From assembly GCA_950097015.1 (NCBI GenBank), contig CATNEN010000001.1, positions 25,420,001-25,484,000 of the forward strand: a stretch of 64,000 nt of DNA, written 5' to 3'. Below the pieces are notes generated by a model. The model saw only the letters and a program-made list of their open reading frames with translations, had not been told where the DNA came from and did no database searches. Both the position numbers and the translations under genes were made by a program. Below are positions 48,593 to 62,170 of this stretch, one piece after another. Numbering within the stretch: the stretch's first letter is position 1; each line of letters begins with the position of its first letter. This DNA comes from Macrostomum hystrix (Eukaryota > Animalia > Platyhelminthes).

Positions 48593-50411
48593 TCTACTAT
48601 CTACTAGTGGACTACTATCTACTAGTGGTCCTTGCCCCGATCATGGATAAATCATGCATGGTCCATGTGCAAATACATGCATGTAGCATGCATGAAGCAT
48701 GTATGTTTTATCCATGTTCCATGCATGTTACATGCATGGGTATCCATGTGTTAACCGTGTGTTTTCTAAAAACATGCGTGACTTATCCATGCGTGCAAGC
48801 CGCACATGCATGTTTTGCCCATGAATATCCCAAGCACTATATACATGCACTTTCTGTGGATGCAGTCAGATGTAGGAAGCAAACCCAAAGCGAATTGTGG
48901 AATTCAAAAGAAATAAAAAAGCCTGTAATATAAACATCATGCAGTCAAAGGAAGCAGCATCAGTTAATTTATGACTAGGCTCAGTTCCATGCTAAGAGGT
49001 AAAATAGCGAAGTTATACTGTTTATAAAATATACTTGGAGGTTGCAAATTACGCTCGTATTATCATGTGATAGTGATCAACACATAATTTGTGCAACGTA
49101 GTAGAAAGTGAGATATTAGATGAAAAAACCGCCAATCGCTTACAATTACATCATTAAAATGCGTAGAAAGTTGCAGAGTGCAATACAGAAAGCAACAAAG
49201 TAGCACATCAATATACAGTATGAGCATTCACAAGTATGACAGGAGTACGTACATTCGAAAGAAGCGAGCAGGGACAATAAAACGGCACGCTTTTAGGGCA
49301 GGTTGCATCTACAAGAAGGGAGCAGGGATAATAAAACGGCACGCTTTTAGGGCAGGTTGCATCTGCAAGAAGGGAGCAGGGATAATAAAATGGCACGCTT
49401 TTAGGGCAGGTTGCATCTGCAAGAAGGGAGCAGGGATAATAAAACGGCACGCTTTTAGGGCAGAAAAAATGAAACTAGTCATGCATGTAGCGATAGACCG
49501 GTACACTGCAAAATAGTGAGGGACCGCGCCATGGAATTAAAGTACAGGGCGCCAAAAAATCGGACAGCGGGACGTTAAATATAGCGCTAGGACGAGTAAT
49601 GTTATAGATGTTGAAGGAAATGAATTGGTTGGCATTAATGATCGAGTCGACTGTCTCCATCATTGCAACGTCTCTCGCACAGAATGAAGTACCTTCATTG
49701 TTAAGTGTCTCGCGAATGACAGACGTAATGGGGTCAACAATACGCAAAGAAGCCATTTGACCTGTGATGCTGGATATAATACCGATCTGCTTACCGCGCA
49801 GGAAAACAATCGAGTTCTTTGTCCTGCGAGCGGCATCCTCGTCAGAAGAACAGTACATACCCTGGTAGAACTGGATCCGATAGAAATCATCGTCAGTGCC
49901 ATGAGTTGAACTCTTTCGCTAGGCGATGATGACAATACACGGGATAATCGTTTTATCAGCAGCGTCTTTGATGCCATTTGACAAGCATAATTCCGTGTGC
50001 CCATTAACAACTTTTTGTAACGACCTATGGCACTCTCAAAGCCGAACATCGAGGCCACAGAGATAGGTCCAAAATTCTGGTACATCATGGGATAGTGCAC
50101 CAAAAAATGAAAATCCGACGCAAATGCCGCAGAAGCAGAAGTCGACTTGGTAGTAACACGCTGTCTTTTTTGAGGTGGTGAGGGGTCATCGCGCTCGGGC
50201 CACTGTCATCAGAATCTTCGGAATCAAAGGTGGCTTGATCAAATGGTTTAGCAGGGATGTACGCAGTAAATTATACATGTTTTATTGCTTTTTTTCTTGA
50301 TATTACAGTATTTCGTGTACTTTCCTTCATTGAGAAAGTACTTATTTGAAGTTTTTATATAATATTTAGAAATAATGCTTGTCGCAATCATGCGTTATGG
50401 CGGGTCCAGGG
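48443..50411 (-). mobile_element. CMC (EnSpm/Mirage-type) DNA transposon, internally deleted, specific to copy B
   Basis: Terminal inverted repeats CCCTGGACCC...GGGTCCAGGG with a 2-bp AA TSD; the empty site GATCCCAAGGTGG is at ~14591-14603 in copy A. It contains a transposase fragment, (CTA)n at ~48487-48592 and three to four ~60-bp repeats at ~49262-49463. Confidence 0.85.
49475..50112 (-). pseudogene. CMC/EnSpm-like transposase C-terminal fragment
   Basis: FHFLVHYPMMYQNFGPISVASMFGFESAIGRYKKLLMGT..ACQMA matches the HxxxH..GP....xFxFE motif of CMC transposases; the frame is broken downstream. Confidence 0.75.
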
Positions 50412-51091
50412 AAGGTGGAAGGGGATCAGGCCTTACTCCCCAGTGGCACCCGCGCTAGTGATTGGTTGGTCGCTCTTGGTGGGCACTTCGAGGGAAAATT
50501 AAAGGCGGTGACTCATCGAGTAACGTGATTTTATAACCTGGCCCCTCACTTACAATTCTATTGGGAAAACTGGCAGATAATGCCAGTGATCAGAAGAGTA
50601 AAATTACACTCCAAGGCCTTGGAGTGTAATTATAAGTATAGATACTTCAAATCTGTGTTAGGGAAAATAAATTTTCAGTGCACAATCTACTCAGATGTTA
50701 CTTACTATTAATAATTTTACTTTGTTTGAAACATTATTGTATTTTTAATTCGCACTTAAAATATGTCATGCAGAATAGAACTGGGAACTGAAAACCCGGT
50801 CACGTTTCTCAGTCTTTAAATCAGGTTGGGTGGATTCGAACTAAGATTTTGAAATCGTTACTGAATTTCCAGGGTTCGAAACAGTATAACTCTTTAGAGT
50901 AGTAGAACGATAAAATGCTAACTAGAAATAGTAATTAATGAGTGAGTACTATCATGAAGTTTTTTAAAAACTATTAAGGAATCGATTGCAATCGTATATC
51001 ACAGAAACGAATCCTATAGGGCCTAGAATGAACTTTTTTCTTTGAACTTCGGCGTGGCTGTAAGAAAGCCTAACAGAAGTTCAACTGAAGA

Positions 51092-51320
51092 CTGCAATTC
51101 AGACTGCATCATCTGCACATGCAATTCAGACTGCATCATCTGCACATGCAATTCAGACTACATCATCTGCACATGCAATTCAGACTACATCATCTGCACA
51201 TGCAATTCAGACTACATCATCTGCACATGCAATTCAGACTACATCATCTGCACATGCAATTCAGACTACATCATCTGCACATGCAATTCAGACTGCATCA
51301 TCTGCACATGCAATTTAGAT
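51092..51320. repeat. 27-bp minisatellite, ~8 units
   Basis: Unit TTCAGACTRCATCATCTGCACATGCAA. Confidence 0.9.
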
Positions 51321-52616
51321 ATTTACATAATTTACATACATATACATTAACATATACATTTAGATTTACAATTTTCACATCACTCAACTGATATGTATTA
51401 GGTCTCTGAAATCATTCAACTTTTCTTTCTTAAATTCTCGTGATTGTGATGATGCTTCTGTTAATGCTGTTTCTTAACTTTTGCACATGGTAGACATGTC
51501 TAGGTGCCCATTGTCTAGATTGGTCATTGCTTAGAGTAATATCATTGCCTTTCTAGTCCTAAATTCTATAACCATTTTTTGCTATTGCTTAAGTTTATTT
51601 GTGTTGATTGAGTTTTAACATCCTCAAGTTAATATTATCTGGCACATTATCTAATATCTTGCAAGTTCTTACAGGCCTAAAACATGTATAAGGATAGACT
51701 TGTCCTAACCTTGGCCATAGCAGGGGTGTAGTTATCAGGGAATACAGGGATATTGTGACAAGTGTTTAGTTAGTTGTTGTGTAGCGGATTTGGGTTGGGA
51801 TTTAAATATATTGCTTTTTAAGTTTGTTTGTTTGACTAGCTGTGAGGTGGTAACGGGTGGGGACGGCGATGGCAACACTCAAAACATGCTTATTATTATA
51901 ACAACAGAAAGTACTAATTGGGTGTTGAATAAATTTGGTGCAATAATAACCAAGTGTACACTTAGGAAATAAGCCAATCAGAATATAGGGTCAAGGTCAG
52001 AGCCAAGTTCTACTTTCTAGTCACAGAATAAAATGATTATTGCGCAAAAAGTGAATGAAGAGTGAAGTCCGAAAACCAAAATAGTGTACCATACATAATA
52101 TTCCGGATACTGTATTGTTATAATAAGAAAAGTAAGAAAGAAAGTATTTACAATAATTATACAGCTGTGATAAACAAACACTGCCACAATATATTCTCCC
52201 ATTTGTCTGCTTAAACAGTTGCCCATTATATAAGTTAAAGTTTACTGATTTTTATCGCCGTATTTTCATGTTTCTTTGACAATATTTAGCATGTTTTACA
52301 AATGTAGAGTATGAATTAATGTACTAATGTACTAAACTAGAGTACGTATGTATTCGCTAATAATGCAGTTATCATTTATATTTAAATATTTCCCACAGCT
52401 GCAGCATGCGCTCCACTCTACTGCCCTGTGAGTAGCCACCAAGGAGCACGATTCGAGAGCACTCCAAGGAGAGAGCGGCAGACACTGGCCTGCCCGTTGC
52501 CATAGCAACAATTTCAGGCATAAAAGCAGTCTCCGAGCTGCAGCGGGCCAGAGGTGGAATCGCTGTGTGCTCACCTTGAGCAGTGCTCAATCTAACTCCT
52601 CACTCTAATCAGTCCC

Positions 52617-55600
52617 ATGGCTGCTGGAGGCCCAAGCGATGACCAGGTGAGGGCCAATCACAGTGCTCTTTCTATTGCTCAAATATTGACTGAACTTGCC
52701 CACTGACTGTTGCATTGCCGACTCTCAGCTGCAGAGACTCGCCCAGCTGACCGTCCAGGGCGACTTTGGCCAGGTGCGCCAACTGGCGACGCGACAGCTG
52801 GTGGCAAGCACGGATGGCAGCGGAAGGACCATCTTGATGGTGGTTGCCGACGCTCCACAGACTCCCGTGGAGGCTGAGAAGTGCGTATTGTACTTATTTG
52901 AGTTGGACGCGGATCCGGGAGCGCGTGATGGGGCGGGCGACACGGCTGCGCACGTGGCAGCCAGACGAAACCACCTGCGGCTGCTGGCGCTGCTGCCGTT
53001 CGATGCGAAGTGGCTGCAAAACGAGCGAGGCGCGACACCGCTGATGGAGGCAGCTCGGGCCGGCAGCTGGCGAACCGCGAAACACCTGCTGCATCTGCTG
53101 AGGCAGCAGAGGTATAATGAGTATGAGGAGAGAGGCAACTCGAAGAGGGATCAGCTGCTCGGCCTGCAGGACAGCGAAGGTCGAACCGCGCTCGACCTGG
53201 CGAGGCAGGGCGGCCACTCAGAGCTGGCCAGCGACATTGAGCGGTGAGTGATCAGTTCGCTGCTGTGCCCGATTCAGCTGGGGTGGCCTGAGCATTGGTC
53301 TCAGCCCAGCCAATCAGAGCCAGTCAGCTGAAGCCGTTGTTGTTTGCATGGCCCAATGGGATTTCATTTCGGTGCAGTCGCTTTTGCATTTCTAGTTTAG
53401 CAACTCGAGCTAACTAATAAATCGATTGGAGATCACTGAAATGGGAACTTGTCAATCTGGGAAAGCATTAGAGATGCAGGGGAGTTTTGTGCATGCAACT
53501 GAATTCCCCATGTGTTTGTGTCTCCCACGGGCAGTTTCCCTTCCCCAATATTCTGATTGGCTGGGATTGACCCTTAACTTGGAGATTTGCAAATAGGCAA
53601 CCAGCAAATCTCCAATGGCCAGTGCACAGATTTGTGTGTGCCACATTGGCAGCACTGAGAACTGGCATTTCTCATGCCGCAGTGCTTTCTCGACCCCAAC
53701 ACTTTGCTGATGCAGCGAATTTGAGGCTGAGTAAAAATGAGCTTGTCTGAAACTGCTGCCTGTTTGTGTGCGATGAGAATTTCGCATTTGATTTCTTCTG
53801 CTTTGCAGGGAGATGCGGCTGCGACTGGGTGATGAATATGGCTTTGGATTTAAATGCATCTCTGGCCTGACAGCCTCGGTGAGTGGCATCTGGGGTGCCG
53901 ATGTGGGTGCAGATGAGCAGCTGTGCTCAAATTCTCCACTCGCCTTTGCAGGAGGAGGCAGAGCGAGAGGAACTGCAGCGGCTGGCCGATGCCGGCGACT
54001 CGGCGGGGCTGCGGCGAGCGGCGACCCGCGGCAACTGCGACCTGCCGGACAGGTGGGGTCGGACAGCGTTAATGCATGCAGCTCGGAACATCCAGTGCGC
54101 TGACGGGGCTCTGTGGCAGCATCTGCTGCAGCTCGGGGACCCCACCTGTGCTGCTGTGAATGCTTTCAGTTGCCTGCACCATGCAGCCGGGACTGGCAAT
54201 TCTGCCGCAGTCTCCCAGCTGCTCCATGCCGGAGCCTCCGCCAACACCAGGGGTTGGATTGAATTCACGCCCCTCATGTGGGCAGCCTGGAATGCGCCCC
54301 CCGCCACCGCCGCCGCAGTCGGTCGGGCTCTGCTGGCCGCAGGGTCGGACTGGAGCCTGCAGGACGATTATGGCAGGACTGCGCTGGATTTGGCCTCAGA
54401 GAAGGGAAAGAGCGAACTGGCCGAGCTGCTGCGTGGGTGAGTTGCCATGGCGACAGAGAATGTCTCTCATCTTGCATTATCGCACTGAGTGGGTGCAGGT
54501 CGCAGTGTTTCACTGATCAGAGCCAAAGTGGGTTGCAATTTTTAGCCAAAATATTTTCTGTCCAATCAGAGTTTTGCCCGCCTCTGCCACTCAAGCAGTT
54601 TTGCAGTGCCGTAAATAATAGCATTAATATTATCAGTGGGAATAAAGCTTTCCATTTGCTGCTTTTTATAGGTGAAAATGCGCACTGCGTACCGTGCGGG
54701 CCGCTCTCACAAAGCCCAATTTTCAGTGCGCAATTCAGAGTTTGTGCAGTCCGAAGCAACTTCTGCTTTCGACGCTGTGGAAATTGGGGCTTGTGAAACG
54801 GCTGAGCATCGCTTCTGGAGGGGTGGGTGTGCGGGCGCTCTCCCATTGGCTGGCGGCCTCCCCGCCCCGTCTCTTCCATTGGCTGGCGGCCTCCGCCAGT
54901 CAGTTTTAGCGTTGCGCTGTTGCGCTGTTGCGCTGCTATTGCTGGAAAACTGACACAGCTGAGCTAAAATGCACAGTTTAGTTACAGTTTGCTGCTACTT
55001 GAACTGTTAATTGGCATTGGCATTAATTACTGCAGTGCCTTCAGCAAACACAAGCAAAGGACAGGACACACTCAGGACAAACACAAGTCAGCAATCAGAC
55101 GCAGACTAAAGTGCATTGAATGAAAAACAGTCTGGCTGACTGTGGCTCACTTGGCGCAAGTGACGGCCTACAGGGTGGCTGTTAAGAAGAGGCCACCCAC
55201 AGAGTGGGGGTCGAGGGCCGCACAGGCAAATGAAAATGTGCGGAGAGGCCCCCAGCGAGGGCAGGGACTGTGGAGTGGGGTGGGTGGCCCCGCCTCTCTG
55301 CCCCCTCGGCACCTCGTCACCTCGCAGCCAGCGAGAGGCAATTCTGCCCATTCCGCTTACTCCTGAGCACACACGCACACAGATGCCTTCAATAAAGTTG
55401 ACAGCTGTCCAAATCTTGCGGAGTCTGTCTCGGTTTCCTCACCTTCTTCAGTGATTTGCCACTGGCCAAGTGAGCCTCACTGACCAAAAACTGTCAGTTG
55501 AAGAGCGGTAGAAGGGAAGTGAGATATTTTTGTATTCACTTTTCCCCACCGCATGCCAGGGCAGGAATCTGACATTCTCCTTCGGAAGCGTGTTATGAGA

Positions 55601-58600
55601 CAGGGATGAGACAGGGAGATGAGACAGGGGAGATGAGACAGGGAGATGAGACAGGGGAGATGAGACAGGGAGATGAGACAGGGAGATGAGACAGGGAGAT
55701 GAGACAGGGAGATGAGATAGGGGAGATGAGACGGCGGAGATGGGACGGGAGATGAGACAGGGGAGATGAGATGGCAGAGATGAGACAGGGGAGATGAGAC
55801 GGCGGAGATGAGACGGCGGAGATGAGACAGGGGAGATGGGAGGGAGATGAGACAGGGGAGATGAGACAGGGGAGATGAGATGGCGGAGATGAGACGGCGG
55901 AGATGAGACGGCGGAGATGAGACGGCGGAGATGAGACAGGGGAGATGGGAGGGAGATGAGACAGGGAGATGTGACGGTGGAGATGCGACAGGGGAGTTGA
56001 GACATTACCAAAAGTATTACCATTGGCATCGAAATAAAGGCTCATAGAAATAACTAATGTGAAACAGGCAGTCTGGTGTCTCGGGACTTGTTCTCAGCAG
56101 TTTTCTGAGCTTTCTCTTGAGTAAATTCCCTCATTTCTGCCTACAGGTACGAAGGCAAGAAGTATTTTGACGCGCCTACGCAGCCTCGGTGAGTTCGATT
56201 GCGGTTTCTTAGAAAATACCACAGCCTCTTCTTATGCCTTGCTTGTCTTGCTTTTCCTGGATTAATATGATTGGCTGATTGACGCAATAAGGGATGAATG
56301 TGATTGGCTGATTGATGCAATAAGGGATGAATGTGATTGGCTGATTGATGCAATAAGGGATGAATGTGATTGGCTGATTGATGCAATAAGGGATGAATGT
56401 GATTGGCTGATTGATGCAATAAGGGATGAATGTGATTGGCTGATTGACGCAATAAGGGATGAATGTGATTGGCTGATTGACGCAATAAGGGATGGATGTG
56501 ATTGGCTGATGGATGCAATAAGGGATGAATATGATTGGCTGATTGATGCAATAAGGGATGAATGTGATTGGCTGGTTGATGCAATAAGGGATGAATATGA
56601 TTGGCTGATTGATGCAATAAGGGATGAATGTGATTGGCTGATTGATGCAATAAGGGATGGATGTGATTGGCTGATTGGTGCAATAAGGGATGAATGTGAT
56701 TGGCTGATTGATGCAATAAGGGATGAATGTGATTGGCTGATTGATGCAATAAGGGATGAATGTGATTGGCTGATTGATGCAATAAGGGATGAATGTGATT
56801 GGCTGATTGATGCAATAAGGGATGAATGTGATCGGCTGATTGATGCAATAAGGGATAAATGTGATTGGCTGATTGATGCAATAAGGGATGAATGTGATTG
56901 GCTGATTGACGCATTAAGGGATGAATATCATTGGCTGATTGATGCAATAAGGGATGAATGTGATTGGCCGATTAATGCAATAAGGGATGGATATCATTGG
57001 CTGATTGATGCAATAAGGGATGAATGTGATTGGCTGATTGATGCAATAAGGGATGAATATGATTGGCTGATTCATGCAATAAGGGATGGATATCATTAGC
57101 TGATTGATGCAATAAGGGATGAATGTGATTGGCAGACTGGCGTAATAAGGGATGAATGTGATTGGCTGATTGATGCAATAAGGGATGAATATGATTGGCT
57201 GATTGATGCAATAAGGGATGAATGTGATTGGCTGATTGATGCAATAAGGGATGAATGTGATTGGCTGATTGATGCAATAAGGGATGAATATGATTGGCTG
57301 ATTCATGCAATAAGGGATGGATATCATTAGCTGATTGATGCAATAAGGGATGAATGTGATTGGCAGACTGGCGTAATAAGGGATGAATGTGATTGGCTGA
57401 TTGACGCATTAAGGGATGAATATGATTGGCTGATTGATGCAATAAGGGATGAATGTGATTGGCTGATTGATGCAATAAGGGATGAATGTGATTGGCCGAT
57501 TGATGCAATAAGGGATGGATATCATTGGCTGATTGATGCAATAAGGGATGAATGTGATTGGCTGATTGATGCAATAAGGGATGAATATGATTGGCTGATT
57601 CATGCAATAAGGGATGGATATCATTAGCTGATTGATGCAATAAGGGATGAATGTGATTGGCAGACTGGCGTAATAAGGGATGAATGTGATTGGCTGATTG
57701 ATGCAATAAGGGATGGATGTGATTGGCTGATTGATGCAATAAGGGATGAATGTGATTGGCTGATTGATGCAATAAGGGATGGATGTGATTGGCTGATTGA
57801 TGCAATAAGGGATGAATGTGATTGGCTGATTGATGCAATAAGGGATGAATATGATTGGCTGATTGATGCAATAAGGGATGAATGTGATTGGCTGATTGAT
57901 GCAATAAGGGATGGATATCATTGGCTGATTGATGCAATAAGGGATGAATGTGATTGGCTGATTGATGTAATAAGGGATGGATATCATTGGCTGATTGATG
58001 CAATAAGGGATGGATATGATTTGCTGATTGATGCAATAAGGGATGGATATCATTGGCTGATTGATGCAATAAGGGATGGATATGATTGGCTGATTGATGC
58101 AATAAGGGATGGATATCATTGGCTGATTGACGCAATAAGGGATGAATATGATTGTGTAGTCTGGCTTTTGGTGCGCGTTTTCACATAGCCTAGGCCTATT
58201 TGCTCCGATCTTAGACCATAGAAACGTGCACTCGTTTCAACTATTTGTCTCAAATTGTGCATGTCTCATTGTATCATTTTGGCTTGAGTGTCTATGATAA
58301 AAACATATCAAAATCACACAATATTAGTGATGAACGGCTATTCGTGCACGAATGATTTGACCTCGGTGCAAATGCATTCGTGCACTCATAGCAGTTCATT
58401 ACTTATACATTGTAAACTACCTGAGTGTTTAAGGTGAGTTCGTTTGTATTTTCTTAGAAACATTAATAGTCCGGAAAATCTCTGTCACTCTAGTAACTGC
58501 TCATTTACCTGCTCAATCGAGGTGCTTAGTTTTATAATATATTTTAGTTAGAGTCAAAATTTAACGCAATAAATCTAAATAGATAATAAAGCGAAGTGCA

Positions 58601-61151
58601 GCAATAGACAAATGCAAAGAAGTAAACTATTCTGAATTTCTATCAGTCTTCATGAGTATCTGCTTTGTACCCGCATTGCAGCACTGTTCGAGTGGACCAC
58701 ATCGCTGAGCTTTCGAGCGACGATGAGCCTTCGACGCCACCAGAGTGAGTCACAGGACTTGAGCACTCTGCTCTTTTGGCTTGTTCTGCGCATTCTTTGA
58801 TTGCCTCTTAAATAACAGCTTTGAAATTTGCTGCAGCCGGCAATTCCCACTGAGACGTTTGAAATTTGCAAAATGATAAGCTGATTGATGCAATAAGGGA
58901 TGAATGTGATTGGCTGATTGATGCAATAAGGGATGAATATGATTGGCTGATTGATGCAATAAGGGATGAATGTGATAAGCTGATTGATGCAATAAGGGAT
59001 GAATATGATTGGCTGATTGATGCAATAAGGGATGAATATGATTGGCTGATTGATGCAATAAGGGATGGATGTGATTGGCTGATTGATGCAATAAGGGATG
59101 AATATGATTGGCTGATTGATGCAATAAGGGATGGATGTGATTGGCTGATTGATGCAATAAGGGATGAATATGATTGGCTGATTGACGCATTAAGGGATGA
59201 ATATGATTGGCTGATTGATGCAATAAGGGATGGATGTGATTGGCTGATTGATGCAATAAGGGATGAATATGATAAGCTGATTGATGCAATAAGGGATGGA
59301 TATTATTGGCTGATTGATGCAATAAGGGATGAATATGATAAGCTGATTGATGCAATAAGGGATGGATGTGATTGGCTGATTGATGCAATAAGGGATGGAT
59401 GTGATTGGCTGATTGATGCAATAAGGGATGAATATGATTGGCTGATTGATGCAATAAGGGATGAATATGATTGGCTGATTGATGCAATAAGGGATGGATG
59501 TGATTGGCTGATTGACGCATTAAGGGATGAATATGATTGGCTGATTGATTTATGTTGTTGGACAAACTTCGACACCAACATTTCGTGCGAATCAAACCTC
59601 AAACCCAACAGCAAAGTTGTCAGTGTACAATTGAAATCTGCTGCTCGAGGATCTGCTGCTCAAGGATCTGCTGCGGCTGGGAAGTGAGTATTTTTGCTGA
59701 GATTTTAAGACTTCTTTAATTGGTTTCAGCGTCAAAATTTACTAAATTATTATCGTTTTCACATAGCCTAGGCCTATTTGCTCCGATCTTAGACCATAGA
59801 AACGTGCACTCGTTTCAACTATTTGTCTCAAATTGTGCATGTCTCATTGTAAACTACCTGAGTGTTTAAGGTGAGTTCGATTGCATTTTCTTAGAAACAT
59901 TAATAGTCTGGAAAATCTCTGTCACTCTAGTAACTGCTCATTTACCTGCTCAATTGAGGTGCTGAGTTTACTCGGCACCTCGAGGACCTGCTGCGGCTGG
60001 GATGTGAGCTTGAGTTGATTGATGGTCAGGGCACTTCTGCTCGAGGATCTGCTGTCTCATTGCTTCATTGACCATTCCAGTCTCACTGAGCAGTTCTACC
60101 CGGTGACGGACCCTCAAGGATTCTGCCTCATCATCAACATCAGCAAGTACAAGGCTGGCAGTGACATCACTTTCAGCCTGGAGGAGCGTCAGGGCTCGGA
60201 GCGGGATGTCCAGCGAGTGACGCAGCTGTTTAAGATGCTACGATTTTCCGTCATCGTGAAGACGAACCTGACTGCCGAGGAGATCGACAACTGCCTTCAC
60301 GAGGTGAAGACATCGAAGGAGCTGGTTGATCACGGCAGCTTCGTCTGCTTCCTGATGGCTCACGGCAGCCAGGACTGCATCTACGCCAGCAACGGAGTGC
60401 CCTGCGACATCCGCAAGCTGACTGAGAAGTTCCAGGTGAGAGCACTGGTATTTTTATCACAATGTAAGAGTTCAGGTCATGACTTAGCACTTCATGTAGA
60501 CATATGTTGAAGCCCCACTTCATTAGTGCGCTTATTTTGTTGAAAAATTCATTGCCGCATAAATTAGGCTGAGTAATGTACATTAGTGAGACAGACGGCC
60601 TTCTCATGTGCGTGTGTTGAAAATTGAGGTGGCGGCTACTGAAATAGACTAGAAAGTACATCAGGTATCGGTGCGACTGTTGCTGTCCTGCAGTCTTTGA
60701 AGGCCTCATCGAACCCGAACCTCAGGCCGATGTCTGCGAAAAGCTGTCGAGGAAGCCGAAGATCTTCTTCATCCAGGCCTGCCGCGGCAGCCGCCGTGAT
60801 GGAGTGTCCGCCCACGGCACCCGGGTAGCAACGGACTCGCGTCACGTACCCGTGCTCAACTCCGAGCTCAGTCCCGCTAGGGGGGACTTCCTGCTCTGCT
60901 TTGCCAACACCGAGAACTCCGTGGCCTACAGGGACCTGGACACCGGCTCCTTTTACGTGCAGACAATCTGCGACTTCATCAAGAGGCACTTCAAGCACGA
61001 GCACCTGGTGGACATCATGACTAGTGTGAACTTCTACATTCAGAACAACCCAGTTCGCATTGGCAACCAGCGATTCCATATGGTGCCTCAGATAGTGACT
61101 CAGCTCTCCAAGAAGGTCTGCCTGGACCCAGCCAGAGCTCAACGCTTGTAG
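52617..61151 (+). CDS. Ankyrin-repeat-caspase fusion protein, copy B (~685 aa predicted)
   Basis: Predicted exons are 52617-52646, 52729-53243, 53809-53878, 53952-54436, 56147-56188, 58682-58744, 59612-59683, 60081-60435 and 60726-61151. All introns are GT-AG and phase-compatible, giving a 2058-nt open frame. Confidence 0.72.
52729..53243 (+). CDS. Ankyrin-repeat exon 1, copy B
   Basis: Motifs GRTILM, GDTAAHVAA, GATPLMEAA and GRTALDLA. Confidence 0.9.
53952..54436 (+). CDS. Ankyrin-repeat exon 2, copy B
   Basis: Motifs GRTALMHAA, SCLHHAAGTGN, FTPLMWAA and GRTALDLASEKG. Confidence 0.9.
55597..56003. repeat. 14/15-bp purine-rich minisatellite, copy B
   Basis: GAGATGAGACAGGG units. Confidence 0.9.
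56260..58153. repeat. 33-bp minisatellite, copy B (no Gypsy insertion)
   Basis: Same unit as 24537-30920. Confidence 0.95.
58874..59549. repeat. 33-bp minisatellite, extra array in copy B
   Basis: Same unit. Confidence 0.95.
60081..61151 (+). CDS. Caspase (peptidase C14A) p20+p10 exons, copy B
   Basis: Motifs GFCLIIN, R-QGSERD, FVCFLMAHG, KPKIFFIQACRG (in exon 60726-61151), GDFLLCF and AYR...GSFYVQTIC. Confidence 0.95.
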
Positions 61152-61557
61152 ACGCCCGGAGCCATGCTGTGTTCGGTGTCTGTTGTTTGACAAAGGAACT
61201 CATTGTGTAGAATATTGCTGACTGAATTTTGTTATTGCCAGCCAGCTTTATCGATTCCCATAACCAAAATCATTCCATTGGGTTCAGTATTCCAGATAAT
61301 TATTGCCTTCCTAAATGTATGTTGAATGTTAATTAATCTGCTCCTAATATAACAAATTCAGTGTAAAAATATGCACTTTAATATCCGATTTTACCATTTG
61401 TGTGCCTTCACCAATTCTAGAATTTGGCTCTCCACTAACTGCTGTGTTCTGTGTGTTTTACGGGCAATGATTTCCTTAGCAATTTAATTTACCTATGGCT
61501 TGCACCTGTTTCTCCTCCTTCAACTCCTTCAGGCACTTCTAGAACTCGAATCGATGC

Positions 61558-62070
61558 GAATTGGGGATCAAGTTAAGGGAATGGGGATCGAGGTGAGGAA
61601 TTGGGGATCGAGTTGGGGGAATGGGGATCGAGTTGAGGGAATGGGGATCGATTTGAGGGAATGGGGATCGAGTTGAGGAATTGGGGTCGAGTGGAGGGAA
61701 TGGGGGTCGAGTGGAGGGAATGGGGATCGAGTTGAGGGAATGGGAATCGAGTTGAGGGAATGGGGATCGAGTTGAGGGAATGGGGATCGAGTGGAGGGAA
61801 TGGGGGTCGAGTGGAGGGAATGGGGGTCGAGTGGAGGGAATGGGGATCGAGTTGAGGGAATGGGAATCGAGTTGAGGGAATGGGGATCGAGTTGAGGGAA
61901 TGGGGATCGAGTGGAGGGAATGGGGGTCGAGTGGAGGGAATGGGGGTCGAGTGGAGGGAATGGGGATCGAGTTGACGGAATGGGGATCGAGTGGAGGGAA
62001 TGGGGGTCGAGTGGAGGGAATGGGGGTCGAGTGGAGGGAATGGGAATCGAGTTAAAGGAATGGGGATCCA
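61558..62070. repeat. 20-bp G-rich minisatellite, copy B
   Basis: GGGAATGGGGATCGAGTKGA units. Confidence 0.95.
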
Positions 62071-62170
62071 ATAGAGTGGATAGGAATACAGTATTGAAAG
62101 TAGTTGAGAGCATTACTAGCTTGTATGAGCCTATTTCAAATTCGAGTCCAGTTTGTTAAACTTGAGTTGA

